This document shows positions 12,995-26,306 of a stretch of 64,000 nt of DNA, piece after piece (the stretch's first letter is position 1; every line of letters begins with the position of its first letter). The position numbers and the translations under genes are program-made. The notes below the pieces were generated by a model that searched no databases, was not told the DNA's origin, and saw nothing but the letters and a program-made list of their open reading frames with translations. The DNA lies in the NCBI RefSeq assembly GCF_006345805.1, contig NC_043005.1:70556001-70620000 (forward strand). The letters are read 5' to 3'. The DNA comes from Octopus sinensis (taxonomy: Eukaryota).

Positions 12995-13624
12995 TGTTTC
13001 GGTCATTTGATTACGGCCATGCTGGAGCACCACATTAAAGAAGTTTTTTTTTTTTAATCGAAGAAATCATTCCCCAGGACTTATTCTTTGTAAGCCTGTT
13101 ACTTATTTTATCGAACTTTTTGCCGAACCGCTCGGTTACGGGGACATAAACACAGCAACATCGGTTGTCAGGCGATGGCAGTGGGACAAACACAGACACA
13201 CACACGAATATATATACTCTATTACTCTTTTACTAATTTCATTCATTTGACTGTGGCCATGCTGGAGCACCGCCTTTAGTCGAGCAAATCGACCCTAGGA
13301 CTTATTCTTTATAAGTCTTGTACTTATTCTATCGGTCTCTTTGGCCGAACTACTAAGTGACGGGGACGTAAACACACCAGCATCGGTTGTCAAGCGATGT
13401 TGAGGGACAAACACAGGCACACAAACACAGAAACACACACACACACATATATATATATATACGACGGGCTTCTTTCAGTTTCCGTCTACCAAATCCCCTC
13501 ACAAGGCTTTGGTCGGCCCGAGGCTATAGTAGAAGACATTTGCCCAAGGTGCCACGCAGTGGGACTGAACCCGGAACTATGTGGTTCGTAAGCAAGCTAC
13601 TTACCACACAGCCACTCCTACGCC
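12995..13624 (-). mobile_element. Two adjacent SINE family A copies (3' half 12995-13200; full 13220-13624)
   Basis: Repeated GGCCATGCTGGAGCACC...GCCGAACYRCT..GGGGAC blocks; head at 13624. Confidence 0.9.
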
Positions 13625-14092
13625 TCTGTGGATGGTTTGTCTGGAATTTGTAGGGGATATTCATCCTGGAGCCGTTTGAATGTTATAATATCTTTATCTT
13701 CGTAAAGAGAACAAAGAGAATAGTCCTGTTTTAGTGTTGTGACACGAGTGTGATTTCTGTAGAGGATGGATGACGCGGGAACCAAGCTTTGGGTGAATTA
13801 TAAAGCTGCTACCAACATCATTTGGGCAAAGGTTGTGGGAATATTTTGCATATCATACAAATGATGTAGTGCTTGCAGCCGCATTGGAGAGAATAAAGTT
13901 TGAGTTTCTCGAGCCAATTTGTAAACTTGTCATGTCATCTAGTTTTTATTTTTTTTTCTTTCTTATGATTGATCCCTGGGATACTTCATCTTTTATATTT
14001 TGTTTCGTGTAGGGAGAACGCACGGGAGAACAGCATTCAAGGTGAGGACAAACGAAAATGGAGAAGAGAAAGATAATGGGAGGAGTGTCTCA

Positions 14093-14300
14093 TCTCTTAT
14101 ATAAAATCCGTTCTGTCTGTCTGTCTGTGTGTGTGTGTCTTCTCGGATCTCGGGCATCTTCCATCCGATTGTGCTCAAATTTGATAAGTAGATACCGACT
14201 GTATCAGGGCGTGTGTAAATTTTGAAAAAATTACAAAAGTCGATTCCAGGTGAGAATGCGATCGATAAAGCCGTTTTTGTCCCGTTTTTCTTCCGTCAAC
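14093..14300 (+). mobile_element. Non-autonomous Helitron-like 5' fragment
   Basis: A|TCTCTTATATAAAATCCGTT(CTGT)n start resembles the 5' end at 16240; no 3' CTAG end found. Confidence 0.5.
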
Positions 14301-14831
14301 CTGTAAATAACTGCACCTTCCATTTTTTGTTGATTTTGTACTGCTTAAAGGCACGTTTCTTTCTTGCCAGGCTTACTGTTTAAACCATGTTTGTGTTCTC
14401 TCAGTCAACAGCCTTATCATTACTGGTACTTTAAACTCTTCGGTTGCATATTTGTGTGAATAATATCGGTTTTCTTTGGAATAGAAAAAAGTCTATCTTT
14501 ATTTCTTCTTTTGCTGGTGTCTCAAATTTAGGTTAAATCAGTGTTTCTCAAAGGGGAGGCCTGTGGGACGGTAGGACAAGTTGTTTTAAGAAAATTTGGT
14601 TTAAATGTTTGACAACCCAACACCGTCCATTGGATGGGGGGCGTTTTGTTCGTATATACATAAATTCTGTTTGTATTTTGTATATTTTGAAAATATTCTC
14701 TCCCCAGTAACTGTCGATATGACCATAACCAAGAGACTTAACTTTAAACAGCTCCTTTTACTGAGAATAGGTACCATTCAGTGAGACGTATATTTCACCC
14801 CTGTTCACAGTAGAAGCACAAAAAATGCTTC

Positions 14832-15048
14832 AAGACGGCGAGCTGGCAGAAAGGTTAGCACGCCGGGCGAAATGCTTAGCAGTATTTCGTCTGCCGTTAC
14901 GTTCTGAGTTCAAATTCCGCCGAGGTCGACTTTGCCTTTCCTCCTTTCGGGGTCGATTAAAGAAGTACCAGTTACGCACTGGCGTCGATATAATCGACTT
15001 AATCCCTTTGTCTGTCCTTGTTTGTCCCTTGTGGGTAGTAAAGAAATA
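14832..15048 (+). mobile_element. SINE family B with 20-bp TSD
   Basis: TSD AGAAGCACAAAAAATGCTTC (14812-14831) and AGAAGCACAAAATATGCTAC (15049-15068), 18/20 identical. Confidence 0.95.
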
Positions 15049-15983
15049 AGAAGCACAAAATATGCTACAGTCCTATTGTTTTGGCATACGATGCTTAATC
15101 GGTTAATATTTGATGAGATAGTGTAACTTCTGTCCCAACTCTGATGCAGCAGTCTTGTGGCTTGCAGGTATTTGACCAAACAACTGAATGTCGCTCAACA
15201 GATCTATCGTTCTACATATCTGTTAAGTCCGTCAGAATATCAGGTGTTGTTCTCACTCCAACGTACAATGATAAAATGTAAGGGTTGCAGTGGGAATGGT
15301 TGCACGTATATTCTTCTCACTCTCCACTACTTTTGTAAGCTTGTTAGTTCTGGTAATAACTATAGCAGTTGTGGATAACAAAGATTTAATAAGATGTTGC
15401 TGCTATTGTCTGATTCCATACGTTTCTTGAATGAGAGATGCGTTAAACATTGAAATCTAGTCAATCTTGTTGTCATCGACATCATCACTGCCACAGCCAC
15501 CACCACCACCATCAACAACAACAACCCCACCACCGCCACCACCACCACCACCATCACCACCACTACTACAACTATCAACGTTTTAACGTCTAGTTTTGCC
15601 GGTTTGCATGGCTTTATTTACATTACGCCTGACTTTTGTGTATTAGTGATTATAGTGTTCAATATATCTTTCTTGGTTTTAACATGATAGAATGCATTTG
15701 AGGGCTGCTATTCTAGAAGACTGTCTGACCACACAGAAGCTTCATTATTCTCTTGACAGGAGTTTTATGTACAGAAAGATAACCATGCGGATTGCGAAAT
15801 GAATTTCCAATTCATTGGTCACAATTCCAATTCGTTGCATCTCATGGTTTCTTCAATTCAAAATGCTTTACCTGTACATTGTTAGATATTGAGAATACTT
15901 AGAAGGTCATCTGCAGTAGTCCGGTATTTTATGAAAAGATCGGAATTTTTTTCCTCTTCTACATTGCATTAATAAAATAAAAT

Positions 15984-16235
15984 AAATGCGCCCTTTTAAA
16001 ACCTAGCCAGGATCATGGGCCCGGTGTCCCGGTTTCTATGGCGTTTTGTGTTCCCCAGCTGGACGGGACGCCAGTTCATCACAGCGTTACTCGTTTTTTG
16101 CCAGCTGAGTGGACTGGAGCAATGTGAAATAAAGTGTTTTGCTCAGGAACACAACGCGTCGCCTGGTCTAAGAATCGAAACCACAATCTTACGATCATGA
16201 TGCTGATACCCTAACCACTAGGCCACACGCCTCCA
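15984..16235 (-). mobile_element. tRNA-derived SINE, family D
   Basis: rc head TGGAGGCGTGTGGCCTAGTGGTTAGGG; GTGTTCCTGAGCAAAACACTT block; 3' end AAAAGGGCGCATTTATTT. Near-identical copy at 17107-17360. Confidence 0.85.
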
Positions 16236-16239
16236 ACTA

Positions 16240-16611
16240 TCTCTCTCTATATAAACGGCAGTTTGTCTGTGTGTGTTTCTGTGTGTCTGTTAGGTTGTAC
16301 CCTCACCCTGACCACGGCTTTCAACCGATTCTGATGAAACTTGACACACACATAGCCTAATGTCATAATTCAAAACTAACGCAGCGAAAATTTTGAAAAG
16401 TTCCCCCAGTTCTGAAAAAAATCGATAAATTCGACATGGGGTCGAGAATCAGAAACACAAACCACAGACTGCTAGGGGACGCAACTCGACCTTTTCTAAC
16501 TCTCAAAAAAAAATTACCATAATTTTTTTCCATTTTTTGGCTATAACTCTCTAAAAATGCTTTATAGTTATTTCCCTTACAAACCTGAGCAACGCCGGGC
16601 GATACTGCTAG
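16240..16611 (+). mobile_element. Non-autonomous Helitron
   Basis: 5' A|TC, subterminal (TCTG/TG) microsatellite, 3' hairpin-like CCTGAGCAACGCCGGG followed by CTAG|T; no TSD. Confidence 0.8.
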
Positions 16612-17106
16612 TATTGTATAAAAAACCCAGAATTAAATGCTAACTAACGGCTAAGGAAGTGTTAAATTTCACAATCTTAAGATTATGTAAAATATATTGC
16701 TTTTTATACAATGCTGCGTAGAACAATAATGCTGCTCAGTCATAGTAATTCAGGTAATTTAAATGGCAAATATCCTGGATAGGATGCTAATCTATGACAG
16801 ATTTTTTTCTTGTAACTGCAATTGGTCCCATTATAGGAAAACTACGAATTATTTCAACTTATATGTGGAATTTAAGTGTACATAGATAAACCATATATCC
16901 ATGAAGTACTTACTTTGAAGCATGATCGAGAATAACTTTTTTTATATTTTGGATACAACAAAGAAATTGATGAGTATATAAAAACTGTCCAGGTTCTTCA
17001 TACAGCGAAGTAAAGTAGAATGCTATGGATCTATCTATGCCAATTTAAAGGTGGAATTATCTTCGTAAATCTTAATAATCGATATGCAATTGAACATCTA
17101 AAGTAA

Positions 17107-17360
17107 ATAAATGCGCCCTTTTAAAGCCTATCCAGGCTCATAGGCCCCGGTTTCCCGGTTTCAATGGCGCATGTGTTCCCCAGCTGGATGGGACGCCAGT
17201 CCATCGCAGCATTACTCATTTTTGCCAGCTGAGTGAACTGGCGCAACGTGAAGTGAAGTGTTTTGCTCAAGAACACAACGCGTAGCCCGGTCCAGGAATG
17301 GAAACCACAATCTTACGATCGTGGTGCTGACACCCTAACGACTAAGTCACGCACCTCCAC
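17107..17360 (-). mobile_element. SINE family D
   Basis: Same sequence as 15984-16235. Confidence 0.85.
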
Positions 17361-17617
17361 AAACCGAACATCTAAGCATAACCTATATGAATATAACAAG
17401 AAACTACAGCAAAGCTTTCTGAACTTTTGAAAGGGTTTAATATGTTATGTCTTCGTGGCGTTTGATATCTCGTTGTCAATAATGTTATGACGACAAGTGT
17501 GCAGGAATAGTATTACCCAAATAAATATTTGGACATGGTTATCTAAAATAATCTTTCGTAGAAACGCAGAACGTACTCCGTACTACGCCAAACGTAGGTA
17601 CAATATTAACCTAACAC

Positions 17618-17851
17618 AAGGCGGTGAGCTGGCAGAATCATTAGCCCGCCGGGCGAAATGCTTAGAGGTATTTCGTCTGCCACTACGTTCTGAGTTCAAA
17701 TTCCGCCGAGGTCGACTTTGCCTTTTATCCTTTCGGGGTCGATTAAATAAGTACCAGTTACGCACTGGAGTCGATAAAATCGACATAATCCGTTTCTCTG
17801 CCCTTGTTTGTCCTCTCTGTGTTTAGCCCCTTGTGTGTAGTAAAGAAATAG
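17618..17851 (+). mobile_element. SINE family B with 15-bp TSD
   Basis: TSD ATATTAA(C/A)CTAACAC at 17603-17617 and 17852-17866. Confidence 0.95.
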
Positions 17852-18159
17852 ATATTAAACTAACACACTAATCTAATCCGAACGACCACCGCTGTCAACT
17901 GACCGCTGCCGGCTGCTGACTGTCATCTACCAGGTCACACAGTTTCTTTATTTTATTGAAATGTGTGAGTCCACGTTTGGTCACGAAGGGATAGTCAGGA
18001 TCCTCCCACAACAATACGCTAACTTTAACTAAACACCGCAACAGTACAATGAAAATAAAGGATGTTTGACAAACAAAATACGTTTTATTTCTTCAACTAT
18101 GGTAGACAAAATAAGAAGAGAAAGAGGAAATTAACGAAAATATCGATTTCAACTTTTTT

Positions 18160-18365
18160 GCAGGTCACGAATTTCGGTGAATAAGTTGGGGGAGGTGTAA
18201 GTCGATTACACTGACATCAGTGCTTGCCTGATATTTTATTTTATCGACCCCGAAAGGATGAAAGGCAACTTCGACCTCGGCGGAATTTGAATTCCGGAAC
18301 GTAAGGACTGACGAAATGCCGTTAAGCACTTTGTTCGGCGTGCTAACAATTCTGCCAGATCGCCA
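18160..18365 (-). mobile_element. SINE family B (alternative tail)
   Basis: ATCGACCCCGAAAGGATGAAAGGC...CCTCGGCGGAATTTGAA block. Confidence 0.85.
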
Positions 18366-18411
18366 CCCAGCAATGGCATGTAATAAACTGTAAATGATGA
18401 TGATGATGATA

Positions 18412-18444
<33 letters not shown>

Positions 18445-18669
18445 GTCACACTTGGAGTCATGAACGAATGTGTAAATGAGTTTCTTGAATAACAACTTTG
18501 GTAAACCCAATATTTATGAGATTGGAAAAGTCGTCCTCAACACTTGGCTCACATTAATGCTGAATTGCCTTCTTTTGTGTATCCTTTATATACCTTATTA
18601 CCTACATTTGTCGCTATACACTAAAGGAGGAGGGGAGGAGGAGGAGAGGAAGAAGTAGAAGAAAAAGGA

Positions 18670-18692
18670 GGAATTATTATTATTATTATTAT

Positions 18693-18740
<48 letters not shown>

Positions 18741-18810
18741 GAGGAGGAGGAGGAGGAGGAGGAGGAGGAGGAGTAGGGAGAAGAAGAAGAAGAAGAAGAA
18801 GAAGAAGAAT
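18670..18810. repeat. Compound trinucleotide repeat (ATT)(AGT)(AGG)(AAG)
   Basis: Directly visible. Confidence 0.95.
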
Positions 18811-19344
18811 CCTATCTCGATTTAAAACAAGGGCTTCAAAACGTTAACCAGGATTCTCAGAAAGATGCGTGATAGTACGAATAAGTTAGACAAGGAAGGG
18901 GGAAAGGATGAATGACACCATACAATGTAAAATTGGACGAATAAAATTTTCCAATCACACAAAATATTGATAAAAACAATTTTCTATCAAAATTAAACTC
19001 AATATTTCAGCAAAATGCTCCATGTTAAAGAAAAATTTGGCTTTAAATAACTCAAGCAACAAGCATATTTTCGTAGTTTGCGCTTACAAACAAAGTGGGA
19101 TGTGCATGTGTATTTTAGTGTTTGTTGTTGATACCGCATTTAATATCATCATTCTCTTCTCTATGGGAGACAGAAGACGAATTAGTTTTGTGGGTTACAA
19201 AGCAGCTTTATATGTGTTAGTGCCGCGGAAAGTCATCCAGTACACTTTAAAAATAGTTTGTGAATAAAGCAGAGACAACGCAGTGTTGAAACACTCTATG
19301 GAAATAAGAGCAATGCAATTTGATTTGCTGACTCAGAAATTGCT

Positions 19345-19510
19345 TTCAAACTTTGGTGCACGGCCAGCAGGTTTGGGTGGGGCTAAGTCGATCTAAGTAT
19401 TCAACTGGCACTTATTTTATCGACCCCAAAAGGATTAAAATCAAAGTCGACCCCGACTGCATTTGAACCTAAAACGTAAAAACGGACAAAATGTATCTAG
19501 GCATTTTTGC
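19345..19510 (-). mobile_element. Degenerate SINE family B
   Basis: TTATCGACCCCAAAAGGAT...AAAGTCGACCCC..ATTTGAAC block. Confidence 0.7.
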
Positions 19511-20375
19511 TAACTCACATATTCTGTCTCATATTTCTCTAGGACCAATCATGTCAATGATTTGTTCTTCTTGTTATTCCTTTAGGCTTTCTGTGCAGGA
19601 ATCTTTCATTGCAGGTTGTTCATTATATACATTATCGTAGTGAACATAATAATAAATACCATCGGCATTGCCATCACCGCCACCATCGTACCGAGAGAAA
19701 GACTACCTCTGTAGCTATGTTGCCCCCACCCCAAAACAAATTCACCCACTACACCCTCTGTAAAGTAGTTGGTGTCATGAGGTCATTCTTCCGTAGAAAA
19801 CTTGCCAAGATTTAGATGTTGTGGGGAAAAAGTATTCCTCCACCCCGTCGGATTCTATCGAATTAAACAACCTACACCAGCATAGAAAACAGACCCAAAA
19901 CGATGACGATGAGGATGATGATGGTGATGACGATGGCGGGTGGTGATGGTGATGGTGAGGACGAGGATGATAACTGTGATGAGAACGATGATGGAGATGA
20001 TGTATATGATAAACAACCTGCAATCGAAAAGTGTAAGATTTAATCGATGCTGTATAAACGTGTAAATAATCACACTGACACATGTAAACACGTGTTTTTC
20101 TTTTATATATTTATATATTCTTTTCTCTGCAGACAGAAAAAATATGAATGTATGAAACAGGTAAAAAAAAATGATGTGTTTACATAAGTTAGTGTAATTA
20201 TTTTCATATTCTCGAAGCTTCGAGTGAATCTTACTCTATTTGAGTACAGGTATATGTTTATCAAAATATTTCTGTTACTTTTTTTTACAGTTTAATATAC
20301 ATCTATATATAGTATGTATACTTATCTATAAAGATATACTGTGCGACACCTTATTTATGTTTATATATATGCATG

Positions 20376-20449
<74 letters not shown>

Positions 20450-20454
20450 TATAT

Positions 20455-20640
20455 GTATATACGGAGAATTCACACAAAAAACAAACGAAGTCAGGTGGTG
20501 TAGACCACAAATAGATGTATTAGTATAACGCTCGGGAAGGGAAAAACTCTTTAACGTTTCGAGCCTAAGCTCTTCTACACAAAGGAACAGAGAAACGAAC
20601 AAGGAGAGAAAATTAAGAATGTGTAGTACAAAATATGTTT
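20455..20640 (-). mobile_element. PLE terminal-repeat fragment
   Basis: Aligns with 4546-4740 and 42680-42850 (GATGTATTAGTWTAAYGCTC.GGAA...ACGTTTCGAGC); 3' end abuts (TA)n. Confidence 0.8.
20549..20584 (-). ncRNA. Hammerhead-like motif, probably inactivated (C3 to G)
   Basis: rc CTTT-GTGTAGA-A-GAGC-TTAG-GCTC-GAAAC-GTT-AAAG. Confidence 0.5.
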
Positions 20641-20701
20641 AGAAAGTATTAAAAAAAGTTGAGAAAGTGTAAAAAAATGCATGTGTGTATGTATGTATGC
20701 A

Positions 20702-20755
<54 letters not shown>

Positions 20756-20790
20756 CACACACATACATATATATATACACATACACACAC

Positions 20791-20824
<34 letters not shown>

Positions 20825-20854
20825 TGGAAGGTTTGGAGATGATGTACAGGTATT

Positions 20855-21006
20855 ATATATTAGAAAAAATGAGGTAATCAGATCGGATGGTTCATATTTA
20901 TAGATATTTATTTATATATTACATTTTTTACATATATATATCATATCATTCAGATCATATCATTCGGATTATTAGCGCTTTCTCCCATTCCAGTGGGGTT
21001 TTCAAA
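20855..21006. repeat. Family G repeat, second copy
   Basis: Inverse match to 1055-1193; sits in a TA-rich microsatellite. Confidence 0.8.
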
Positions 21007-21010
21007 TCAA

Positions 21011-21043
<33 letters not shown>

Positions 21044-22729
21044 CAAAACACCCGAGACCTATGCCTACATTATTCAAAGTGTAAAAGATGTGAGTAAAAT
21101 GCCTTATTGTTCAGAAACGGTGGCAATAATTCTTGAGCCAACCGCAAGACTGAGATAGTTCGAAAAAAGTGCTTTTCACGTGTGTCAACTATTTTGTAAT
21201 GTAGGCTCAAGTCAGAAACTGTAAACACAAATATCTAAACAAAACGCCATGTTTTGAGTACACTTTTTTTCATATTTATACTTATCTCTCCATTTATATG
21301 AGTGTGTTTATGCTTTATTTTAACACACATACAAATAGATACACACTTCGACTGACAATATCAACTAAAAACACTGCAATCCCTATGCTATATGCTAAAT
21401 AACTACTACTAAAAACAGGTTTATTAATATAGAATGTGATGGCATGCATTTTCGTTCATTTTTTTTTTTCAAACTTCAAATGGCAAAATTGCATCTGACA
21501 AGTTGAATTTCTATCTCGTATGTTTCCACCAGTAAATCCCGACCTCAACATTTTCGATATGAATTACTTGAAGTAATGCACTTAAAACTTCAATATCGAA
21601 TCAAATGTGACTAGCATGGGTTTAGTGAAAGCTTAAGAAATATTGAAATCTCCGGACATGTATGCTCACTCTCATAAGACAGGGTATCTGTAACAGCTAA
21701 ACAGTTCCCTATATATTCATATCTAGCATAACGATATCACTAAGAACTTCAGAACCCTTATGCCATAAAGTCAATTAATGTGGAACGCACAATAATGTAC
21801 GAATTTTGTGAACGTGACAGAAAGGAACTTTTGAAGACAAAACCTATTTCCTGACGCTGACAAAAAGTTATTTCTCGCCGTAAACCTTTAATACAACTCT
21901 TTAACCCAAAGACTTGAGATATTGATAGTTTCGCATTTCTAAAAAGATCATCTCAACAGTATTGAATGCTGCTTTATTAGCACCATAGAAAACTTCTGCC
22001 TCTGTTTTAATAACTGATTTAATCACTCTCCGATAAAAAAATAAGGAACAGATGACGAACGGTTTCAAATTTGGTTTGGAAAACTATAATGCTTCATTAT
22101 ATCACTTTTATTAATCTAAGCTATACTTTACATTAAAATTTCTTCTGATATTAAGGATTTAGAGGTAGATTATATTTACCTGTTAAAAAGATTTAACTTG
22201 TACGATAATTTCCTTTGATTACGGAAGTAATCTGGAAATCATTTCTATATCAGAATCACAAGTTGCAGAACATAGTAGTGGGTATTGATTTGTAGCAACT
22301 TTCCAAGGTAAAACAAGATTTCTGAACTGCAGGTTCTAAATATATTAAGAGAATGATTTCTTTGTATTGATGAATTGTAATCCGTTGACCAGGGATTATG
22401 ATCAAGAAAAGAGAACCCTATACTACTTTTTAAAAGGATACGGTTTTCTTTTACTATCATGCTAGCAGCTAAGAATAAGTTTTTGAAAATTATTCTTAAT
22501 CATTCAACGGAGCTCTATTGTACTTAATACGAGCCTAATAAAACTTGAAACTACATTAACAGGTATTCCAAACGTCCTAGCAATATTAGAAGAAATCTAT
22601 CTTGAAACATTTCGTTGAATCTTTCGCGAAAGATTTTGCAAATGTAATTTATAAGTACCATTCGAAATATCATGATATTTTAGCTGAGAGTAGATTTGAG
22701 TATAATTTATTTTCTTTCAGATTTATTGT

Positions 22730-23200
22730 TGCTTAATAGCTGGAAGATGGTCTAAGAATGTGTTTTTACTAGCTGAGTGTCGTCTTGGATGGTTGGCTGA
22801 TTCAGTATCGTCGTTATGAATTTATCCAATGTTCCTTTCGAACGTTTCAGTAAAGGTCCCTCTCATATTTCTGATTTCTTTAGGTAGATAGGTAGTTGAA
22901 CAATTGAGGACCTCTAAATATCAGACTGGTACAACGGATTGTTTCTGTTCGTAATTACGAAGGTGATATATTTGGAATCTGAAAGTGTCTATCAGTTAGT
23001 GCATCAAAATTCTCTTTAATGCTGAAGTTGGAACATGCCACTCCAAGATTTTCGGTAGACAGAGATACCATTAAGAACAAACAAAAATGTATTATGGTGT
23101 TTAAACCACTCTTCAATATGGAGGTTGCCATACATCTTGGTACAGCATAGATACCACAAAATTATAAACAATGAAACGGTGGAATTATCATATTCCACTA
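22730..23200 (-). mobile_element. CR1/L2-type LINE 3' coding remnant
   Basis: Minus translation RTETIRCTSLIFRGPQLFNYL..KEIRNM...LDKFITTILNQP matches the CR1/L2 C-terminal motif RGP.LFN.LP..IRN...FK..LD. Confidence 0.6.
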
Positions 23201-24429
23201 CGCCGAATTTGACTATACATTTCGTGAGTTCTGTATAACTAAGATAGATAATAACAATAGCAAAATTAATACATTTAATAGTTCAGATATTAATTACAAA
23301 TGTATTAATGCGAGTATTTGCCTATGGGAAATAATTGTTTAGTTAGGGTAACAATGCATGAGTAATTTGATTATATTAAGAGATATATATAGGATTAACT
23401 GCCAATTCACGAGACAGTCATCACAGCAGGCATAATTACAAATTTCTTAATGAAGCAAGAATAAATATGGCTGCATTGTAAGGTTATGGCTGGGAGCTTA
23501 AGAAATCCAGTATCTCTTATGATTTGGATTGTAGCATTGCAGTGATGACTAAAGGCTACACAGGGAAATAGTTTGTGTACCATAAAGGCAATAAATGTGC
23601 TATTCGCTAATAATAAACTTAAAAGTAAATGCGAAAACAATAGACTCCTATATGCACAATTACTTAAAACATTCTTGCGCTACTTTCCGAATATCGGAGA
23701 TTAATTTAGTGTATGTGTGTTGGGGTGTAGAACTATTTATTTTTTTTAAAAAAGCTTTTAATCTTTCGTTATAGTCATTATTAGATGTTTAGCTGGTTCG
23801 TACTGGTTCAGTTACCGCATATTGGGCGGTTAATTGACTGAAGTAATAGCTTGGAGGGTCACAGAAAACATGTGCGTCAGGATATACGAATATTGAAATG
23901 CAAATATATATATGAACATTCATAGTAGTATGTGTGTGTGTATAAATGAATGTAGTGTGTGTGTGTATACTGATGTATGTAACAAAAAGTTTATGAATAA
24001 CTGCCTTCATAAGAAGAATAAGTATGTTTTGATAAAGTGTATACACAAATAATTACGTATATTTACATTATGTAAAAAATGTGTTTCGCATTATATATGT
24101 ACATAATTAAAAACTATATGCGATCTGGCAAGGCTGTATCATAAAACGATTTAAACAGTTCCGCATACTCTGACTCAGTTAAATTCCTAAGATTAACAAT
24201 ACATATATGCATATATTTAAAACGTTCTTTGTATAATTGTATAAATGTTTGAACATAAATTAGTATATGAATACAAGTTGCATAACAGCGTACAAAATTT
24301 TAATGTTTGTTATAATAGTGTGTTAACAAACAGGATATTCTTTATTCGACGGTGAGGATTTAGAACTCCAGAGAAATGAATTACCTACTAACTGAACTCA
24401 CTATTAAGAGGATGGATATTCTACATGTG

Positions 24430-24640
24430 GCGATCTGTAGGTGGCGAACTGGCAGAAACGTTAGCACACCGGCGAGATGCTTTTTGGTATTTCGCCTGTG
24501 TTTACGTTCAGAGTTCAAATTCCGCCGAGGTCGAATAAGTACCAGTTACGCACTGGGGTCGATATAATCGACTTAATCCGTTTGTCTGTCCTTGTTTGTC
24601 CTGTGTTTAGCCCCTTGTGGGTGGTAAAGAAATAAGATAT
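24430..24640 (+). mobile_element. SINE family B with internal deletion
   Basis: GGTGGCGAACTGGCAGAAACGTTAGCAC head; lacks the CCTTTCATCC block; standard tail. Confidence 0.9.
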
Positions 24641-24729
24641 ATAATTACCATTAATGCAATTCACCGGAGGAAACATTGACATGACACACAGAGTCTGACA
24701 ACGCTGTATTTTCAATTGTTTGTACAATT

Positions 24730-25720
24730 TATTTCAAAGACGTCTACATAGTTTCCGTTGACCCAATCGTCGGAGTATTTTTATCGATATTTACAATATA
24801 AATATCTCCTGTAAGTTTCCCTATCTTTTGCCTTTGGTGGACCAGGGCCGTGTTTACAGAAAAAACACGTAAGATGTCTAAATTTGGTCAGACACTTTAT
24901 TCACGGGAGGTAACTCCACTTGGTAAACACTATCCAGCTTGAAGGCACTCATTTCCCATAACTGATAAGTTATTTTTATAGTATTTTTATCTTGAATTGA
25001 TGGCGGTTTATACCAGCTATCTCCAAACTGGGCATACCTTTCATAGATACACAATCCTTGTTTTGAAAGCTGATTCATGTTAAAATCAAAAGCCTGCTTT
25101 GTAGTTGGGAAAAACATCTTTAAAAGAAATCTGTTTGTTTCCTATTGTTTAATTATCAGAGTTGGAATCATCAGAAAAGTCAACATCACCATCCACTTTA
25201 TCACTCTTACTACTACTAAGACTGTCTTCACCTCTTCCTCCTGTTCCTCTTCCTCCTCCTCCTCGAATACGACTACCTGCTTCACTGCCTCCGCTGCTAC
25301 CTCCAATTCCTCCTCCTCCTCCTTCACTCCCACTCCCAATGAGATTGGAAGCATTTGCAGATTCACTTTTTGTTACTTATCGATGCTTCAAGATCCTGGT
25401 CATCAACTGGTCGCTCTGGGTTGACACGAATGGAAAATGGACCGTAATATGTGGCATGTTTATAGAATGGGTGAGGGTCAAAGCAAATGGCTCTTCCGCT
25501 GATGTCAATTCATAAGGGTGATAATGTTCTGCAAATTCATCCACATACTCATCTGTTCTTCTGTTCACAGAAACACGTAATTGGTCGTTTAATCCCTTTT
25601 TCCTCTTCATCTAGTGGTAAAGGTTGATGGTATGGCACATTAGGATCCCACCACTGACAGTAGCTCTTTCTTGAGAGCAACTTCTTTCCAAAACAGTCAG
25701 GGTGGTGAAGATAGTAATCA
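24730..25720 (-). pseudogene. Unidentified decayed protein-coding-like region
   Basis: Complex amino-acid stretches in shifting frames: SYCQWWDPNVPYHQPLPLDEEEKGIKRPITCFCEQK; EYVDEFAEHYHPYELTS; GRAICFDPHPFYKHATYYGPFSIRVNPERP; Gly-rich tract; QAFDFNMNQLSKQGLCIYERYAQFGDSWYKPP; RHLTCFFCKHGPGPPK. No family recognised. Confidence 0.35.
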
Positions 25721-25879
25721 GTTGAGAGTTCCCATAAATTTGGTGTTCTATTTATGAAGTACGAGAAAACCCAAGGTTAAAAAAGACTGTAGTGTGTTCC
25801 AACCCAGGAATACATATTAGCAATACAATTAGTACTGCTGGATCTTTCTGCACCAACAGTTTGAATGTATACATGCATA

Positions 25880-26054
25880 TATACACACCACAAATATTAG
25901 TTGATTAAATCGACCCCAGTAATTCTTTTTAAAAACTGGTACTTAATTTAACATTCTCCTTTGCCGAACCGATATTTTACGGGACATAAATACATCAATG
26001 CCGGTTGTCAAGTGGTGGTGGTGATGTGGGACAAACACAGACACAAGGACACAC

Positions 26055-26060
<6 letters not shown>
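25880..26060 (-). mobile_element. Partial SINE family A variant (3' half)
   Basis: TTTGCCGAACC...CCGGTTGTCAAG...GGGACAAACACAGACAC. Confidence 0.7.
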
Positions 26061-26117
<57 letters not shown>

Positions 26118-26121
<4 letters not shown>

Positions 26122-26255
26122 CTGTGCAGAGAACGCCACGAATGACCCGTCCATGTTTTTTTCTTGTCCCCCATTATTTGTTGTTTTTCCTGTCCGCCTT
26201 TGTATCGTCTATCTGTCCCCGGATATTTTATTGTCCTCTATTGCATTTTTGTTCC

Positions 26256-26262
<7 letters not shown>
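26118..26262 (+). repeat. Dispersed repeat family E (copy 1; others 26866-27050 + and 34845-34962 -)
   Basis: Shared GAATG(A/T)CCCGTC...TTTGTATCGTCT motif; all copies adjoin (TA)n. Possibly a PLE-terminal fragment. Confidence 0.7.

Positions 26263-26306
<44 letters not shown>

Noticed and set aside
21400-22500. Faint LINE RT-like peptides on the minus strand (also 1-420, 45900-46330, 56130-56370)
   Set aside because: Resemblance is limited to scattered residues with no intact diagnostic motif.
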